Part shown: piece after piece, positions 1 through 9,788 of the stretch
Layout of the letters: each line of letters starts with the position of its first letter
How positions within the stretch are numbered: position 1 is the stretch's first letter
NCBI GenBank assembly: GCA_963825135.1
Contig: CAWGRW010000009.1
Coordinates: 2,176,001 to 2,240,000, forward strand
Length of the DNA: 64,000 bases
DNA from: an uncultured bacterium
GTDB taxonomy: Bacteria > Desulfobacterota_D > UBA1144 > Nemesobacterales > UBA2774
Reading direction: 5' to 3'
Notes under the pieces: model-generated
Told to the model about the DNA's origin: nothing
Database searches by the model: none
The model's input: only the letters and a program-made list of their open reading frames with translations
Position numbers and translations under genes: made by a program

Positions 1-822
1 GCGGAATTTCACAGCCTGAGTTGCCTGCACGCCGATTTCGAAGGCTGTCCGGACAGGTCGCTCAGAGTCATAAACCCTCTCGGCTATCTGCCCGAATACA
101 ACGCTATCGTCACCGAGGGTGTAGAACGTTGCGCGGAAATCTTCGAGCTTCTCAGGCCCTGGGGAAACACAACCCGCATAAACGGCGAAACGCTTCGCTT
201 TCTGAGAAAGATCGGGAAATGGCTCGGTTATTTACACGCGGCCGGCACGGAGAAGGATCCGAACGGATTCACGCGCCAGGCCTCTTTTTCCGACCAGATC
301 AGCGAGATGCAAAATACCGCAGACGAGGCAGCGTGTATGGGGCTTGCAGGGAGACTTCCCGAATATATCGATAAACTATCGAGTAAAATCAGGCATAACC
401 CGTCCGGGCGGCACACCCTTACGGTTGAGGGATTCGAGCTGAGGAATTTTATTACAGACGGCGGGGCTGTTTTCTTTCTGGATCCCGGACATATACGCAC
501 CGGACCCGCTTACGAGGATTTGGCGAGATTTACCGCGTCGCTGTCCCTTCTCTATTGGGGGAAAATAAATTTTCTGAGAGACTATCGCAACGAGGAAGCA
601 TTCATCAGCTCGTTCGTCGAATCCTACGAGGATGAATGCGGCAGGGTAGAGCGTGACGTCCTGAATATATATCTGGCAAAACAATTCATCAAGCTTTGGA
701 TCGACGGCATTAAGGTGCTTCAATTCAAGAATTACGGGAAGCCGTTACAGAGAATCATTAATCGGTTTTACATGGAACGGTTTTTTTCCAGGCGGCTCGA
801 TAAAATTTTATCAGTCGTATGA
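1..822 (+). CDS. phosphotransferase (APH/choline-kinase-like) protein, 5' truncated by window edge
   Basis: Frame of ORF 307..822 is open from base 1 (AEFHSLSCL...IGKWLGYLHA...EGFELRNF...FFLDPG), resembling the APH-family layout but with an atypical catalytic loop. Confidence 0.5.
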   Translation, partial: AEFHSLSCLHADFEGCPDRSLRVINPLGYLPEYNAIVTEGVERCAEIFELLRPWGNTTRINGETLRFLRKIGKWLGYLHAAGTEKDPNGFTRQASFSDQISEMQNTADEAACMGLAGRLPEYIDKLSSKIRHNPSGRHTLTVEGFELRNFITDGGAVFFLDPGHIRTGPAYEDLARFTASLSLLYWGKINFLRDYRNEEAFISSFVESYEDECGRVERDVLNIYLAKQFIKLWIDGIKVLQFKNYGKPLQRIINRFYMERFFSRRLDKILSVV

Positions 823-846
823 TCAGACTAATATATCCTCCCGGCC

Positions 847-1575
847 ATGGACGATAACATTAAAGAAAACATAGAGAGGTACCAGAAAGAGTCGTACGCC
901 TTAAGGTATGAGGAGGAGTATAAAGGGGGGTACGGGTTTAAGAACATCAGGTCGCGTATAATCGCGAGCCGGGAGATAGCCGTGCTCAAATCGCTGCTCG
1001 GTGGTATCGGAATCGCGCCGGGGTCAACAATCCTGGACATGCCCTGCGGCACGGGAAAACTGGGGCCCGCACTGAGCGGCTACCCGATACGGATTTTGGC
1101 GGCCGACCTCTCACACCACATGATGAGGCTGGCGTCTTCCGAATATTCTTCCGGGAAGCTCCTGGGGTTCATGAGATTCGACGCTCGAAATGTCCCTCTT
1201 TACGCGCAGAGTATCGATCACATCATATGTCTCAGGCTTTTTCAGAGACTGCCGAAGGAGATAAGGATAAGCATATTGAGGGAATTCCGCAGGGTGGTTA
1301 GACGCTGTCTCGTCGTTTCCTACAGTTATTACTCGCCCTTTCAGAGTCTCCGTAATTCCGTCAGGAGAATCTACGACAGAGAGAAGCAGACCTTTTATCA
1401 CGAGAGTCTCGCGAACATCGAGTCCGAATTACTGGAGGCGGGCTTTATGCCCAGGCAGGTTAGACATGTGTTGTTCGGGGCGTCAAGCGAGATTGTAATA
1501 CTTGCGGAAGTCATAGAAGCCGGATTCGGACAAAAAGAATCCGGAAGAGCCGACAAATTGAAAATACGTGCTTAA
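847..1575 (+). CDS. class I SAM-dependent methyltransferase
   Basis: Motif I ILDMPCGTG, ADLS, and LREFRRV post-II region. Confidence 0.85.
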   Translation: MDDNIKENIERYQKESYALRYEEEYKGGYGFKNIRSRIIASREIAVLKSLLGGIGIAPGSTILDMPCGTGKLGPALSGYPIRILAADLSHHMMRLASSEYSSGKLLGFMRFDARNVPLYAQSIDHIICLRLFQRLPKEIRISILREFRRVVRRCLVVSYSYYSPFQSLRNSVRRIYDREKQTFYHESLANIESELLEAGFMPRQVRHVLFGASSEIVILAEVIEAGFGQKESGRADKLKIRA

Positions 1576-2827
1576 AGAAGCGTATGCGAGCTCGTTTATC
1601 ACCGAACGAAAGCTGGCGGGAGGAACTGGAAACATGCATTCGAATCACAACGGCAACGGCAATTACACGAGGAAGGTACTCATGATAATAGACGAGGCGG
1701 CGGTACAGGTCGAAGATAAGACGTATTGCGGCGGCACTGAAACATTGTTCTGGTGCAGTCATTTTAAATCATTCGGCCGCACGGTTCTATCGATTCCGAG
1801 AAAACGGGAAGAAGACTACGATCCCGATTTCCCCCACGTGCTGAATATGCCGGAGAACACGACGATATCGCCGAGAAAGTTTTATAGCTACAAAATGGAC
1901 GCGCTGAAAAGCCCCGTTGTATTCCTGTATAATTACTTCACCCTGCTGAGGGACATACTGAGGACGGACGCGGTGATCTACCGGCTCCCCAACATCTATT
2001 TGCCGGTTTTGCTGCCGTTCCTGATGTTATTGCGTAAACGCAAAAAAGTCGTGCTGTTAGTCGTAAGCGATTTCCACGGCCGTACCTTCAAGAACAGCTG
2101 GCGCCCGCGGCAGATGCTGAAAAACCTGATAGCGCACGCGTACGATTTTTGTGAGAGAAAGGGCGCGCGGCATTTCAAAACTCTCACAACCGGCAGGTAC
2201 CTGGCGGATAAATATTCGGCTGAATTGTTCGACATCTCCCTGATACCCCTGCAAAAGATATGCCGTTCAACCAACGGGTTTAGAGACGACAAGATAAAGC
2301 TTCTGTACGTCGGCAAGCTGGACAAGGTTAAATCCGTCGACACGATACTATCGGCCATAAGCCGGCTTGATGAGCACTACAAGGAAAGGATCACATTAAG
2401 CATCGTAGGGGCGGGATACGAAGACGGGTATCTGAGAGAGTACGCGAAATTGATGGGGATCGATCACCTGGTGACGTTCGTAGGCCCCGTGCCTTTCGGT
2501 CCCGAACTGGAGCGATTTTATGAGGAGTCCCATATTTTTATATTGTCCTCCCTCTACGAGGGCACGCCCAAGGTGCTGTTTGAAGCCATGGCTTACCGGC
2601 TGGCGATCATCGCGACGAATGTCGGCGGAGTGCCCTCCGCCACGGAGAACGGCAAGTCCGCGTACCTCGTCCCTCCCGGGTCTCCGGAGAGCGTGAGAGA
2701 CGCTCTCGTAAAAGTTATATCAGACGACAAATTAAGGTCGGACCTGATCGAGAACGGCACAAGGATCGTCTCCGAAAACGCCATGGAAAAAAAGATAGCC
2801 TACATCGAGGAATTGTTGGCTGGCTAA
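1568..2827 (+). CDS. glycosyltransferase family 4 (start may be ATG 1634)
   Basis: LLYVGKL...K and SSLYEGTPKVLFEAMA...ATNVGG GT-B C-terminal motifs. Confidence 0.9.
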   Translation: MLKEAYASSFITERKLAGGTGNMHSNHNGNGNYTRKVLMIIDEAAVQVEDKTYCGGTETLFWCSHFKSFGRTVLSIPRKREEDYDPDFPHVLNMPENTTISPRKFYSYKMDALKSPVVFLYNYFTLLRDILRTDAVIYRLPNIYLPVLLPFLMLLRKRKKVVLLVVSDFHGRTFKNSWRPRQMLKNLIAHAYDFCERKGARHFKTLTTGRYLADKYSAELFDISLIPLQKICRSTNGFRDDKIKLLYVGKLDKVKSVDTILSAISRLDEHYKERITLSIVGAGYEDGYLREYAKLMGIDHLVTFVGPVPFGPELERFYEESHIFILSSLYEGTPKVLFEAMAYRLAIIATNVGGVPSATENGKSAYLVPPGSPESVRDALVKVISDDKLRSDLIENGTRIVSENAMEKKIAYIEELLAG

Positions 2828-2960
2828 ATCATATACGGGATCGGCGAAGAGGACGCGCCCCTTCCGGGCGGCGTGCAATTCTCGTCAATCCGTCCTTTCA
2901 GAAAAATTCCGCTCTTATACCCGGTAGCGCCCGCGGAGAGACAGCGAGCAAGGTAAAGAC

Positions 2961-4145
2961 ATGTCGTTCACAGAACAATATTCGGGAAAAAGAATACTCT
3001 TCATTACGGAGGACCCGGCAATCGACGTAGGGGGAGACATCTATTGCGATAACTCTGCAAACCATTTCTGGAGCGAGCTCCTGGGTCTGTTTGATAAAGC
3101 GTATTTCTCGATGCCTCTGAGAAAGCAAAAGACCTGCAACTGCATGTTTCCTCACAAGCTGAATGTCCGGGACAACACAACCATTTCATCGAGAAAGTTT
3201 TATCACTATAAGCTCGACGCGCTTAAGAATCCGTTTAACTTTCTGCGAAACGCATTTTCCTTAACCAGGGACGTACTTCGTGCGGATATCGTGTTTTATC
3301 GTCTGCCCAGCGTCTTCTTTCCCGTTCTGCTGCCTGTACTTTTTATATTCCAAAAGCGAAAAAAAATTGTTCTCTTCATAGCAGGGGATTTCCATGCCCG
3401 TAATTTCAAAAGCAGGCCCAAGTCAAATCAGATTTTCAAAAACCTTATCGTATCCGCCTATAATTATATCGAAATCAGTGGATCGTCTCATTTCAAGACC
3501 CTCGCCGCCGGAAAGCATCTCGCCGATAAATATTCCGCCGAGCAGTTCGACGTGAGCCTCATACCGTCGCACAAGCTCGAAACTTCCCGGATGGAGTCCA
3601 AAGACAGCAGGATTAGACTCCTGTACGCGGGGAGATTTGATAGCAACAAATCGGTCGATACTCTTCTGTCCGCCATCGGTTTACTCGACGCGCAGTACAG
3701 AGAGAAAATCATGCTCAGCCTAGTTGGGAGCGGTCCCGAGGAATCAAACCTGAGAAAGCTCGCCGGGTCACTCGGCATCGAACGTATCGTGTCCTTCAAG
3801 GGCAACGTCCCTTATGGACCGGAGCTCGAGCGATATTTCAGGGAATCCGATATGCTCGTGCTGCCTTCCCTTAGCGAAGGCTCCCCCAAAGTCCTGTTCG
3901 AAGCCATGGCTTATGAGCTCGCGATAATCGCGACGAATGTCGGCGGAATCCCTTCCGTCACCGAAAACGGCAAGTGCGCATATCTGGTGCCTCCGCGGTC
4001 GCCTGAGAGCATGCGAGACGCGATAGTGAAAGTAATTTCGGACGTCGCGTTAAGGACAGACTTGATCGAGAACGGCACGAGGATCGTTTCCCATAACACT
4101 ATGGAAAAAAAGCTGGCCTATCTCGAGCAATTGTTGAAGGGATAA
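2961..4145 (+). CDS. glycosyltransferase family 4, paralog of upstream GT4
   Basis: LLYAGRF, LPSLSEGSPKVLFEAMA; collinear with 1568..2827. Confidence 0.9.
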   Translation: MSFTEQYSGKRILFITEDPAIDVGGDIYCDNSANHFWSELLGLFDKAYFSMPLRKQKTCNCMFPHKLNVRDNTTISSRKFYHYKLDALKNPFNFLRNAFSLTRDVLRADIVFYRLPSVFFPVLLPVLFIFQKRKKIVLFIAGDFHARNFKSRPKSNQIFKNLIVSAYNYIEISGSSHFKTLAAGKHLADKYSAEQFDVSLIPSHKLETSRMESKDSRIRLLYAGRFDSNKSVDTLLSAIGLLDAQYREKIMLSLVGSGPEESNLRKLAGSLGIERIVSFKGNVPYGPELERYFRESDMLVLPSLSEGSPKVLFEAMAYELAIIATNVGGIPSVTENGKCAYLVPPRSPESMRDAIVKVISDVALRTDLIENGTRIVSHNTMEKKLAYLEQLLKG

Positions 4146-4149
4146 AAAC

Positions 4150-6063
4150 ATGTGCGGAATATGCGGTCTTCTCGACCTGAACAGGGCAGTCGACGTGAAT
4201 TTGCTCGCGAAAATGGGGAACTCCATTCTCCACCGGGGTCCCGATGACGGTGGCTTTTTTACGGACTCCTCCTTGGGGCTCGGTCACAGGCGCCTCAGCA
4301 TAATCGACGTCGACGCGGGCCGTCAGCCTATGTTCAACGAAGACGGGACACTCGCCATAGTGTTCAACGGAGAGATATATAATTTTAAAGAACTGCGCGG
4401 GGATTTGCAGGCTTCGGGCCACGTTTTCAGGACCAGATCCGACACGGAAGTCATAGTCCACCTGTTTGAAGAGCACGGGTACAGATGCCTCGACCTGATC
4501 GAAGGTATGTTCGCTTTTGCTATTTGGGACTCTAAGAAAAAAGAGCTCTTTTTGGCGAGAGACAGGTTCGGTATAAAGCCCCTCGTCTATTACTATGACG
4601 GCAGGAGTTTTATATTCTCCTCGGAGATCAAATCGATACTCCGGGACGACAGAATCCCCAGGGAATTCGACTACGGCGCTTTCCGTGACTACCTGACCTT
4701 TAACTATATCCCGGCCCCGAGGACGATATACAAAAAGATTATGAAATTAGAGCCGGGTCACTTCTTAATCGTCAACGCCGGGGATGAGAATATTAAGCTC
4801 AAAAAACAACGATATTACGATGTGGCGGATATCGGCATTAACCGCAACGGCTCCTCCATACGGCTTGAAGAAGCAAAAGAAAAATTGAGATACGCCCTTG
4901 AGGAATCGGTCAGGAGTCATATGATAAGCGACGTGCCGATAGGCGCGTTCCTGAGCGGCGGCATCGATTCGAGCATAATAGTCGGGCTCATGTCCAGGTT
5001 CTCGGACAGGCCCGTCAAGACATTTTCTATCGGTTTCGACGGCCACGATCTTTTCGATGAAACCGCTTACGCGAGGCAGGTGTCGAGCCTAAACAATACC
5101 GAACATTATGAGATCAAGCTAAATCATACGGATATGCTGGGAATAATCCCAGAAGTGCTCGACAACCTGGACGAGCCATTTTCCGACTGGTCGATTTTCC
5201 CCACGTATCTGGTCTCGCGGGAGACGGGCAAATACGTAAAAGTGGCCCTGTCGGGAGACGGCGCGGACGAAGTGTTCGGCGGGTATCGAAAACACCTCGG
5301 GGAATATCTCGCAAAGTATTACATGATGGTCCCGAGACGGCTCAGACACGGTGCTATAGAGCCTCTTCTGAACCTGATGCCGGATTCCCATGACAGCTTG
5401 CCGCTCGAATATGTGAGGAGGGCGAAAAGATTTATATCCGGCATAAGCGACAACCAGGCGGAGCGGCATTTCAGGTGGATGCAAATATTCTCCGAGGATT
5501 CACAGAGGGAATTATTAAGCTCCTGCCCCGATCAGGACGGAGCCGGTCCGCTCGACGCTATCGCTAATCTCTGCGACAGGTATAAAGGGGACGACATCAA
5601 CAGGGTTCTATATGCCGACCTGATGTTTTGCCTCCCCTATGACATGCTGGCGAAGGTGGATTCGATGAGCATGCTGAACTCGCTTGAAGTAAGGGTTCCC
5701 TATCTGGACAGGAATCTCGTGGAACTGGCATTTTCAATGAACGGAAACCTGAAGCTAAACGGGCTCAAAAGAAAATATGTCCTTGTCGAGACCTTCAAGG
5801 ATATCCTTCCTCCCGGGCTCCATAAGAGATCCAAACAGGGTTTTGATGTCCCCATCGGCGATTGGTTCAAAAAGGATTTGCGGGACATGTTCCTTTCGGT
5901 AGTCAACGAGAAATCCATAAGAGAGAGCGGCCTTTTCAATTTTACTTCTATAAAGCGAATATACGATTCGCACTGCTCCGGCAGTAGGGATCACTCAAAA
6001 GAGCTCCTTAATATCTTTATATTCCAGTGGTGGTTCAACAAAAACCAACAGGCTCTAGGATGA
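4150..6063 (+). CDS. asnB: asparagine synthase (glutamine-hydrolysing)-like amidotransferase, polysaccharide-associated
   Basis: MCGICG Ntn N-terminus, HRGPD, RLSIID, FLSGGIDSS, LSGDGADEVFGGY, KQGF. Confidence 0.95.
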   Translation: MCGICGLLDLNRAVDVNLLAKMGNSILHRGPDDGGFFTDSSLGLGHRRLSIIDVDAGRQPMFNEDGTLAIVFNGEIYNFKELRGDLQASGHVFRTRSDTEVIVHLFEEHGYRCLDLIEGMFAFAIWDSKKKELFLARDRFGIKPLVYYYDGRSFIFSSEIKSILRDDRIPREFDYGAFRDYLTFNYIPAPRTIYKKIMKLEPGHFLIVNAGDENIKLKKQRYYDVADIGINRNGSSIRLEEAKEKLRYALEESVRSHMISDVPIGAFLSGGIDSSIIVGLMSRFSDRPVKTFSIGFDGHDLFDETAYARQVSSLNNTEHYEIKLNHTDMLGIIPEVLDNLDEPFSDWSIFPTYLVSRETGKYVKVALSGDGADEVFGGYRKHLGEYLAKYYMMVPRRLRHGAIEPLLNLMPDSHDSLPLEYVRRAKRFISGISDNQAERHFRWMQIFSEDSQRELLSSCPDQDGAGPLDAIANLCDRYKGDDINRVLYADLMFCLPYDMLAKVDSMSMLNSLEVRVPYLDRNLVELAFSMNGNLKLNGLKRKYVLVETFKDILPPGLHKRSKQGFDVPIGDWFKKDLRDMFLSVVNEKSIRESGLFNFTSIKRIYDSHCSGSRDHSKELLNIFIFQWWFNKNQQALG

Positions 6064-7229
6064 AATACAAAATGCCGATCAAGATGGCGTACGTAGGCGG
6101 GGAGGACCTCAGTTTGAGGCTCCCTATTATCAAGCTCCTGGGGGCTGCTGGATACGACGTATGCGGCGTTGGCCCGTCGGCTAAAGAAAAAGAGCTGTTT
6201 CGGAGGAACGACGTCCCCTACGAGACCTATCCCCTGAAGAGGTCATCAGGCGTCTTATCGGACATCCTGAGCTTCATGAGACTTTATCGGGTATTTAAGA
6301 AAAACAGCTACACGATTGTCCACGCCTTCGATACAAAGCCCGCCGTATTAGCGCGGCTTGCGGCAAGGCTTGCGGGGGTTCCGTTCATAGTCGGCACGAT
6401 TCCCGGCCTGGGATCGATCTTTTCAGAGGACAGCCGAACCAACAATATCCTCGCCATACTCTACAGAGCGGGACAAAAAGCCGCTTCCGGAGTTTCCGAC
6501 ATTACCATATTTCAAAATCCGGACGACATGGAATTCTTCACTGCGAACAAACTGGTCTGTTCATCCAAGGCGGCTCTGATAAGAGGATCCGGTGTGGACG
6601 TAAACGCTTTGTCTCCGGAAGTAATCCGGGATACGGACATAAAGCGATTAGAAGCCGAACTGGGCTCACGCCCGAATGAAATAAAGGTGTTTTTAATCAG
6701 CAGGCTGCTTAAATACAAAGGGATTCAGGAATATCTCGAGGCCTCCAGGATCGTAAGAGAGAGGCACGATCATGTCGCTTTTTATCTCGCGGGCCCCGAG
6801 GACAGATCGATGTATTCATTCCCGATCGAGAAATTAAATGAATACAAAGATACGGTCAGGTATATCGGTCCGAGAAACGATATCCCGAATATTCTCGGCC
6901 TGGCCGATATCGTGGTACTGCCGTCTTGTTACAGGGAGGGTATTCCCCGTATCTTACTCGAAGCCGCATGTTTCGAGAAACCCATTATTACGACGGACGT
7001 CCCGGGCTGCAGGGAAGTAGTGGAAGATGGAATTAACGGCTACCTGGTTCCTCCTAAAAATCCTTATTCATTGGCGGATGCGCTCGACAAACTCATCTCC
7101 TGCGAAGGGAGAAGAAAGAGCATGGGGCAAAAGAGCAGAGAAAAAGTCACAAGTGAATTCTCTCTGGATCTCGTCTTTAAAGAAAGCCTGAGATTGTACC
7201 AAAATCTTTTGAACCATCCGAACGGCTAA
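6060..7229 (+). CDS. glycosyltransferase family 4 (CapM/PglA-like)
   Basis: ATGA overlap with asnB stop; GSGVD, SRLLKYKG, YREGIPRILLEAA. Confidence 0.9.
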   Translation: MKYKMPIKMAYVGGEDLSLRLPIIKLLGAAGYDVCGVGPSAKEKELFRRNDVPYETYPLKRSSGVLSDILSFMRLYRVFKKNSYTIVHAFDTKPAVLARLAARLAGVPFIVGTIPGLGSIFSEDSRTNNILAILYRAGQKAASGVSDITIFQNPDDMEFFTANKLVCSSKAALIRGSGVDVNALSPEVIRDTDIKRLEAELGSRPNEIKVFLISRLLKYKGIQEYLEASRIVRERHDHVAFYLAGPEDRSMYSFPIEKLNEYKDTVRYIGPRNDIPNILGLADIVVLPSCYREGIPRILLEAACFEKPIITTDVPGCREVVEDGINGYLVPPKNPYSLADALDKLISCEGRRKSMGQKSREKVTSEFSLDLVFKESLRLYQNLLNHPNG

Positions 7230-7266
7230 CGGCTGTTTACCCGTTATCGAGATAGGCGGGACGGAC

Positions 7267-7962
7267 ATGATAAACGAGACGGCGAGAATAAAAGAAGCGT
7301 ACGCGAGCAGGAATCATCTCAAGGACAGAAGGACGTATTCCTATTTCAGCCCCTCCGCGCTTTTCAATCACCAGCAGCGGGAAAGAGCTACTGTTGCGGC
7401 TCTCAAGGGAAGCGGGTTCGACAACTTATCCGATAAGCTGATCATGGAGGTGGGGTGCGGCGTCGGTCGGGTACTCAGGGACTTTGTCAACTACGGGGCG
7501 AATCCGGAGAACTGCTACGGGATCGATCTTATATCGGACAGGATCACGGAAGCAAACAGGACTTCCCCAAACATGCATTTCACTTGCGGCAACGCCGAAC
7601 AAATAACGTACGAGAACGATCTCTTCGACATAGTGCTTTCCTTTACGGTATTCACCTCGATCCTGGACAAAACGATGAAGCGGAATATCGCGCGTGAAAT
7701 GATAAGGGTACTGAGCCCCGGCGGGATCATCGTCTGGTATGACTACCATATGGATAATCCATACAACTCGAACGTCAGAGGAGTAAAGAAAAAAGAGATT
7801 CATGAGCTTTTCCCGGATTGCGATATCAAGCTCGCTCGCGTAACCCTTGCTCCCCCGATTGTCAGGGTGTTGGCTCCCTGCTCATTATTGCTCTGCTATC
7901 TACTCGAAAGTATCAAGATACTGAACACCCACTACCTGGGAGTCTTCAGGAAAAAAGATTAA
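7267..7962 (+). CDS. class I SAM-dependent methyltransferase
   Basis: MEVGCGVG, GIDL, FDIV, RVLSPGG motifs. Confidence 0.88.
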   Translation: MINETARIKEAYASRNHLKDRRTYSYFSPSALFNHQQRERATVAALKGSGFDNLSDKLIMEVGCGVGRVLRDFVNYGANPENCYGIDLISDRITEANRTSPNMHFTCGNAEQITYENDLFDIVLSFTVFTSILDKTMKRNIAREMIRVLSPGGIIVWYDYHMDNPYNSNVRGVKKKEIHELFPDCDIKLARVTLAPPIVRVLAPCSLLLCYLLESIKILNTHYLGVFRKKD

Positions 7963-8023
7963 GCGCGCTGTTCAACATTCCCCGAATAAAATCAGCATCT
8001 CATCCACACCGTGCGAGGTAATC

Positions 8024-9175
8024 ATGGAAATACCCTTTCACAAGCCTTATATAACTGACGACGAGGTCGAGCAGGTCCTGGACACCGTCCGCTCGGGCTG
8101 GCTCACAATGGGTCCCAAGACGTTCCTCTTCGAGAGGGAGTTCTCGCAGTACACGGGCGCCCGGCACTCGGTCGCGGTAAGCTCGGGCACGGCGGCGCTG
8201 CACCTCGCGCTCCGGGCTATCGGTCTCGGACCCGGGGACGAGGTGATTGTGCCGACCATGACGTTCACGGCGACTGCCGAAGTGGTCTGCTATTTCGGCG
8301 CCCTGCCCGTCCTTGTAGATGTCGAGAGCGACACGGGCAACATGGACGTATCCGCATTACAAAGAGCGATCACACCGCGCACGCGCGCGGTCATACCTGT
8401 GCATTACGGAGGTCAGCCCTGCGATATGGACCCTATCATGGACATCGCGAGGCAGAACGACATTTATGTGATCGAGGACGCCGCTCACTGCCCCCCCGCC
8501 ATGTACAAGGGGAATCCCGTGGGGACTATCGGCGACATGACATGCTTCAGCTTTTACGCGACGAAGCCGCTCGCGGCGGGGGAGGGCGGCATGGTCACGA
8601 CCGGGAACGACGACTGGGCGGAAAAAATACGGATACTGAGACTTCACGGCATATCCAGGGACGCCTGGAAAAGATACTCGACCGGCGGCTCCTGGTATTA
8701 CGAGGTTACGGAGGCCGGATATAAATACAACTTGACCGACATACAGGCGGCGCTCGGCATATCCCAGCTGAGGAAGCTCGACGCGATGCGGGAGATGAGG
8801 AAGCGGATCGCCGAGAGATACACGGAGGGATTTTCGGGACGCGGGGAATTCGTTCCCCTGTCCGTACGCCCGGATAGGTCGTCTTCATATCACCTCTACG
8901 TGCTCGGAATAAATCCCGGGGCCCACGACATCGACAGGGCCGGGTTTATCCAGGAGCTGGGCAAAAGGGGCATAGGCACGAGCGTGCATTTCATCCCGCT
9001 CCACAGACACCCTTTCTACAGGGACAGCTTCGGATACGATCCGAAGGATTTCCCCGGAGCGGAGCGGCTCTACGAGCGGATAATATCGCTCCCCATATAC
9101 CCGGGGTTGAGCGAGAAGGAAACAGAGTACGTAATAGAGAACGTAAAAGATGTCTCGTCAAAACACAGCATATAA
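8024..9175 (+). CDS. DegT/DnrJ/EryC1/StrS family sugar aminotransferase
   Basis: SSGTAALHLAL, IEDAAH, FSFYATK (PLP lysine), GEGGM. Confidence 0.95.
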   Translation: MEIPFHKPYITDDEVEQVLDTVRSGWLTMGPKTFLFEREFSQYTGARHSVAVSSGTAALHLALRAIGLGPGDEVIVPTMTFTATAEVVCYFGALPVLVDVESDTGNMDVSALQRAITPRTRAVIPVHYGGQPCDMDPIMDIARQNDIYVIEDAAHCPPAMYKGNPVGTIGDMTCFSFYATKPLAAGEGGMVTTGNDDWAEKIRILRLHGISRDAWKRYSTGGSWYYEVTEAGYKYNLTDIQAALGISQLRKLDAMREMRKRIAERYTEGFSGRGEFVPLSVRPDRSSSYHLYVLGINPGAHDIDRAGFIQELGKRGIGTSVHFIPLHRHPFYRDSFGYDPKDFPGAERLYERIISLPIYPGLSEKETEYVIENVKDVSSKHSI

Positions 9176-9788
9176 CGGAGAGGGGTTTTACGCGGAGCAC
9201 GGGAAGCGTCTATTCGACCTCGTGCTCGCCGTACCGCTTCTCATAGTCCTTTCGCCGGCCCTCTGCGTGATAGCGCTCCTGATCCGGCGCGGCAGCCCGG
9301 GGCCCGTCTTCTTTACGCAGGAGCGGATGGGCAGGAACGGGGGCGCGTTCACGCTCTACAAGTTCAGGACCATGACCGGGAACGCGGCGGGGGAGGGCCC
9401 GCAGGTCACTTCACGGGGCGACCCGAGGATTACGGGGATAGGGAGGGTGCTCCGGAGATATAAGCTCGACGAGCTTCCTCAGCTGCTTAATGTCATAAAG
9501 GGCGACATGAGCCTCGTAGGCCCGAGGCCCGAGGTCAAAAAATACGCCGACGCGTTTCGGGAGGACTACTCGTCCATTTTGAAAATCAGTCCGGGCATCA
9601 CCGACTACGCCGCGCTCGAGTACAGGAACGAAGAGGAGATACTCGCGGGGTACGCAGACATAGAGGACGCATACACGCGGGTGATTCTTCCGGGCAAGAT
9701 CGCGCTCTACAAGAAATACATCGACGAGATGGGGTTTATGGCAGACCTGAAAATCCTTTTCAGAACCATGCTGGAGGTCGTCAAATGA
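9150..9788 (+). CDS. bacterial sugar transferase (priming phosphoglycosyltransferase)
   Basis: KRLFD-TM, KFRTM, DPRIT, LDELPQL.NV.KGDMSLVGPRP. Confidence 0.95.
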   Translation: MSRQNTAYNGEGFYAEHGKRLFDLVLAVPLLIVLSPALCVIALLIRRGSPGPVFFTQERMGRNGGAFTLYKFRTMTGNAAGEGPQVTSRGDPRITGIGRVLRRYKLDELPQLLNVIKGDMSLVGPRPEVKKYADAFREDYSSILKISPGITDYAALEYRNEEEILAGYADIEDAYTRVILPGKIALYKKYIDEMGFMADLKILFRTMLEVVK

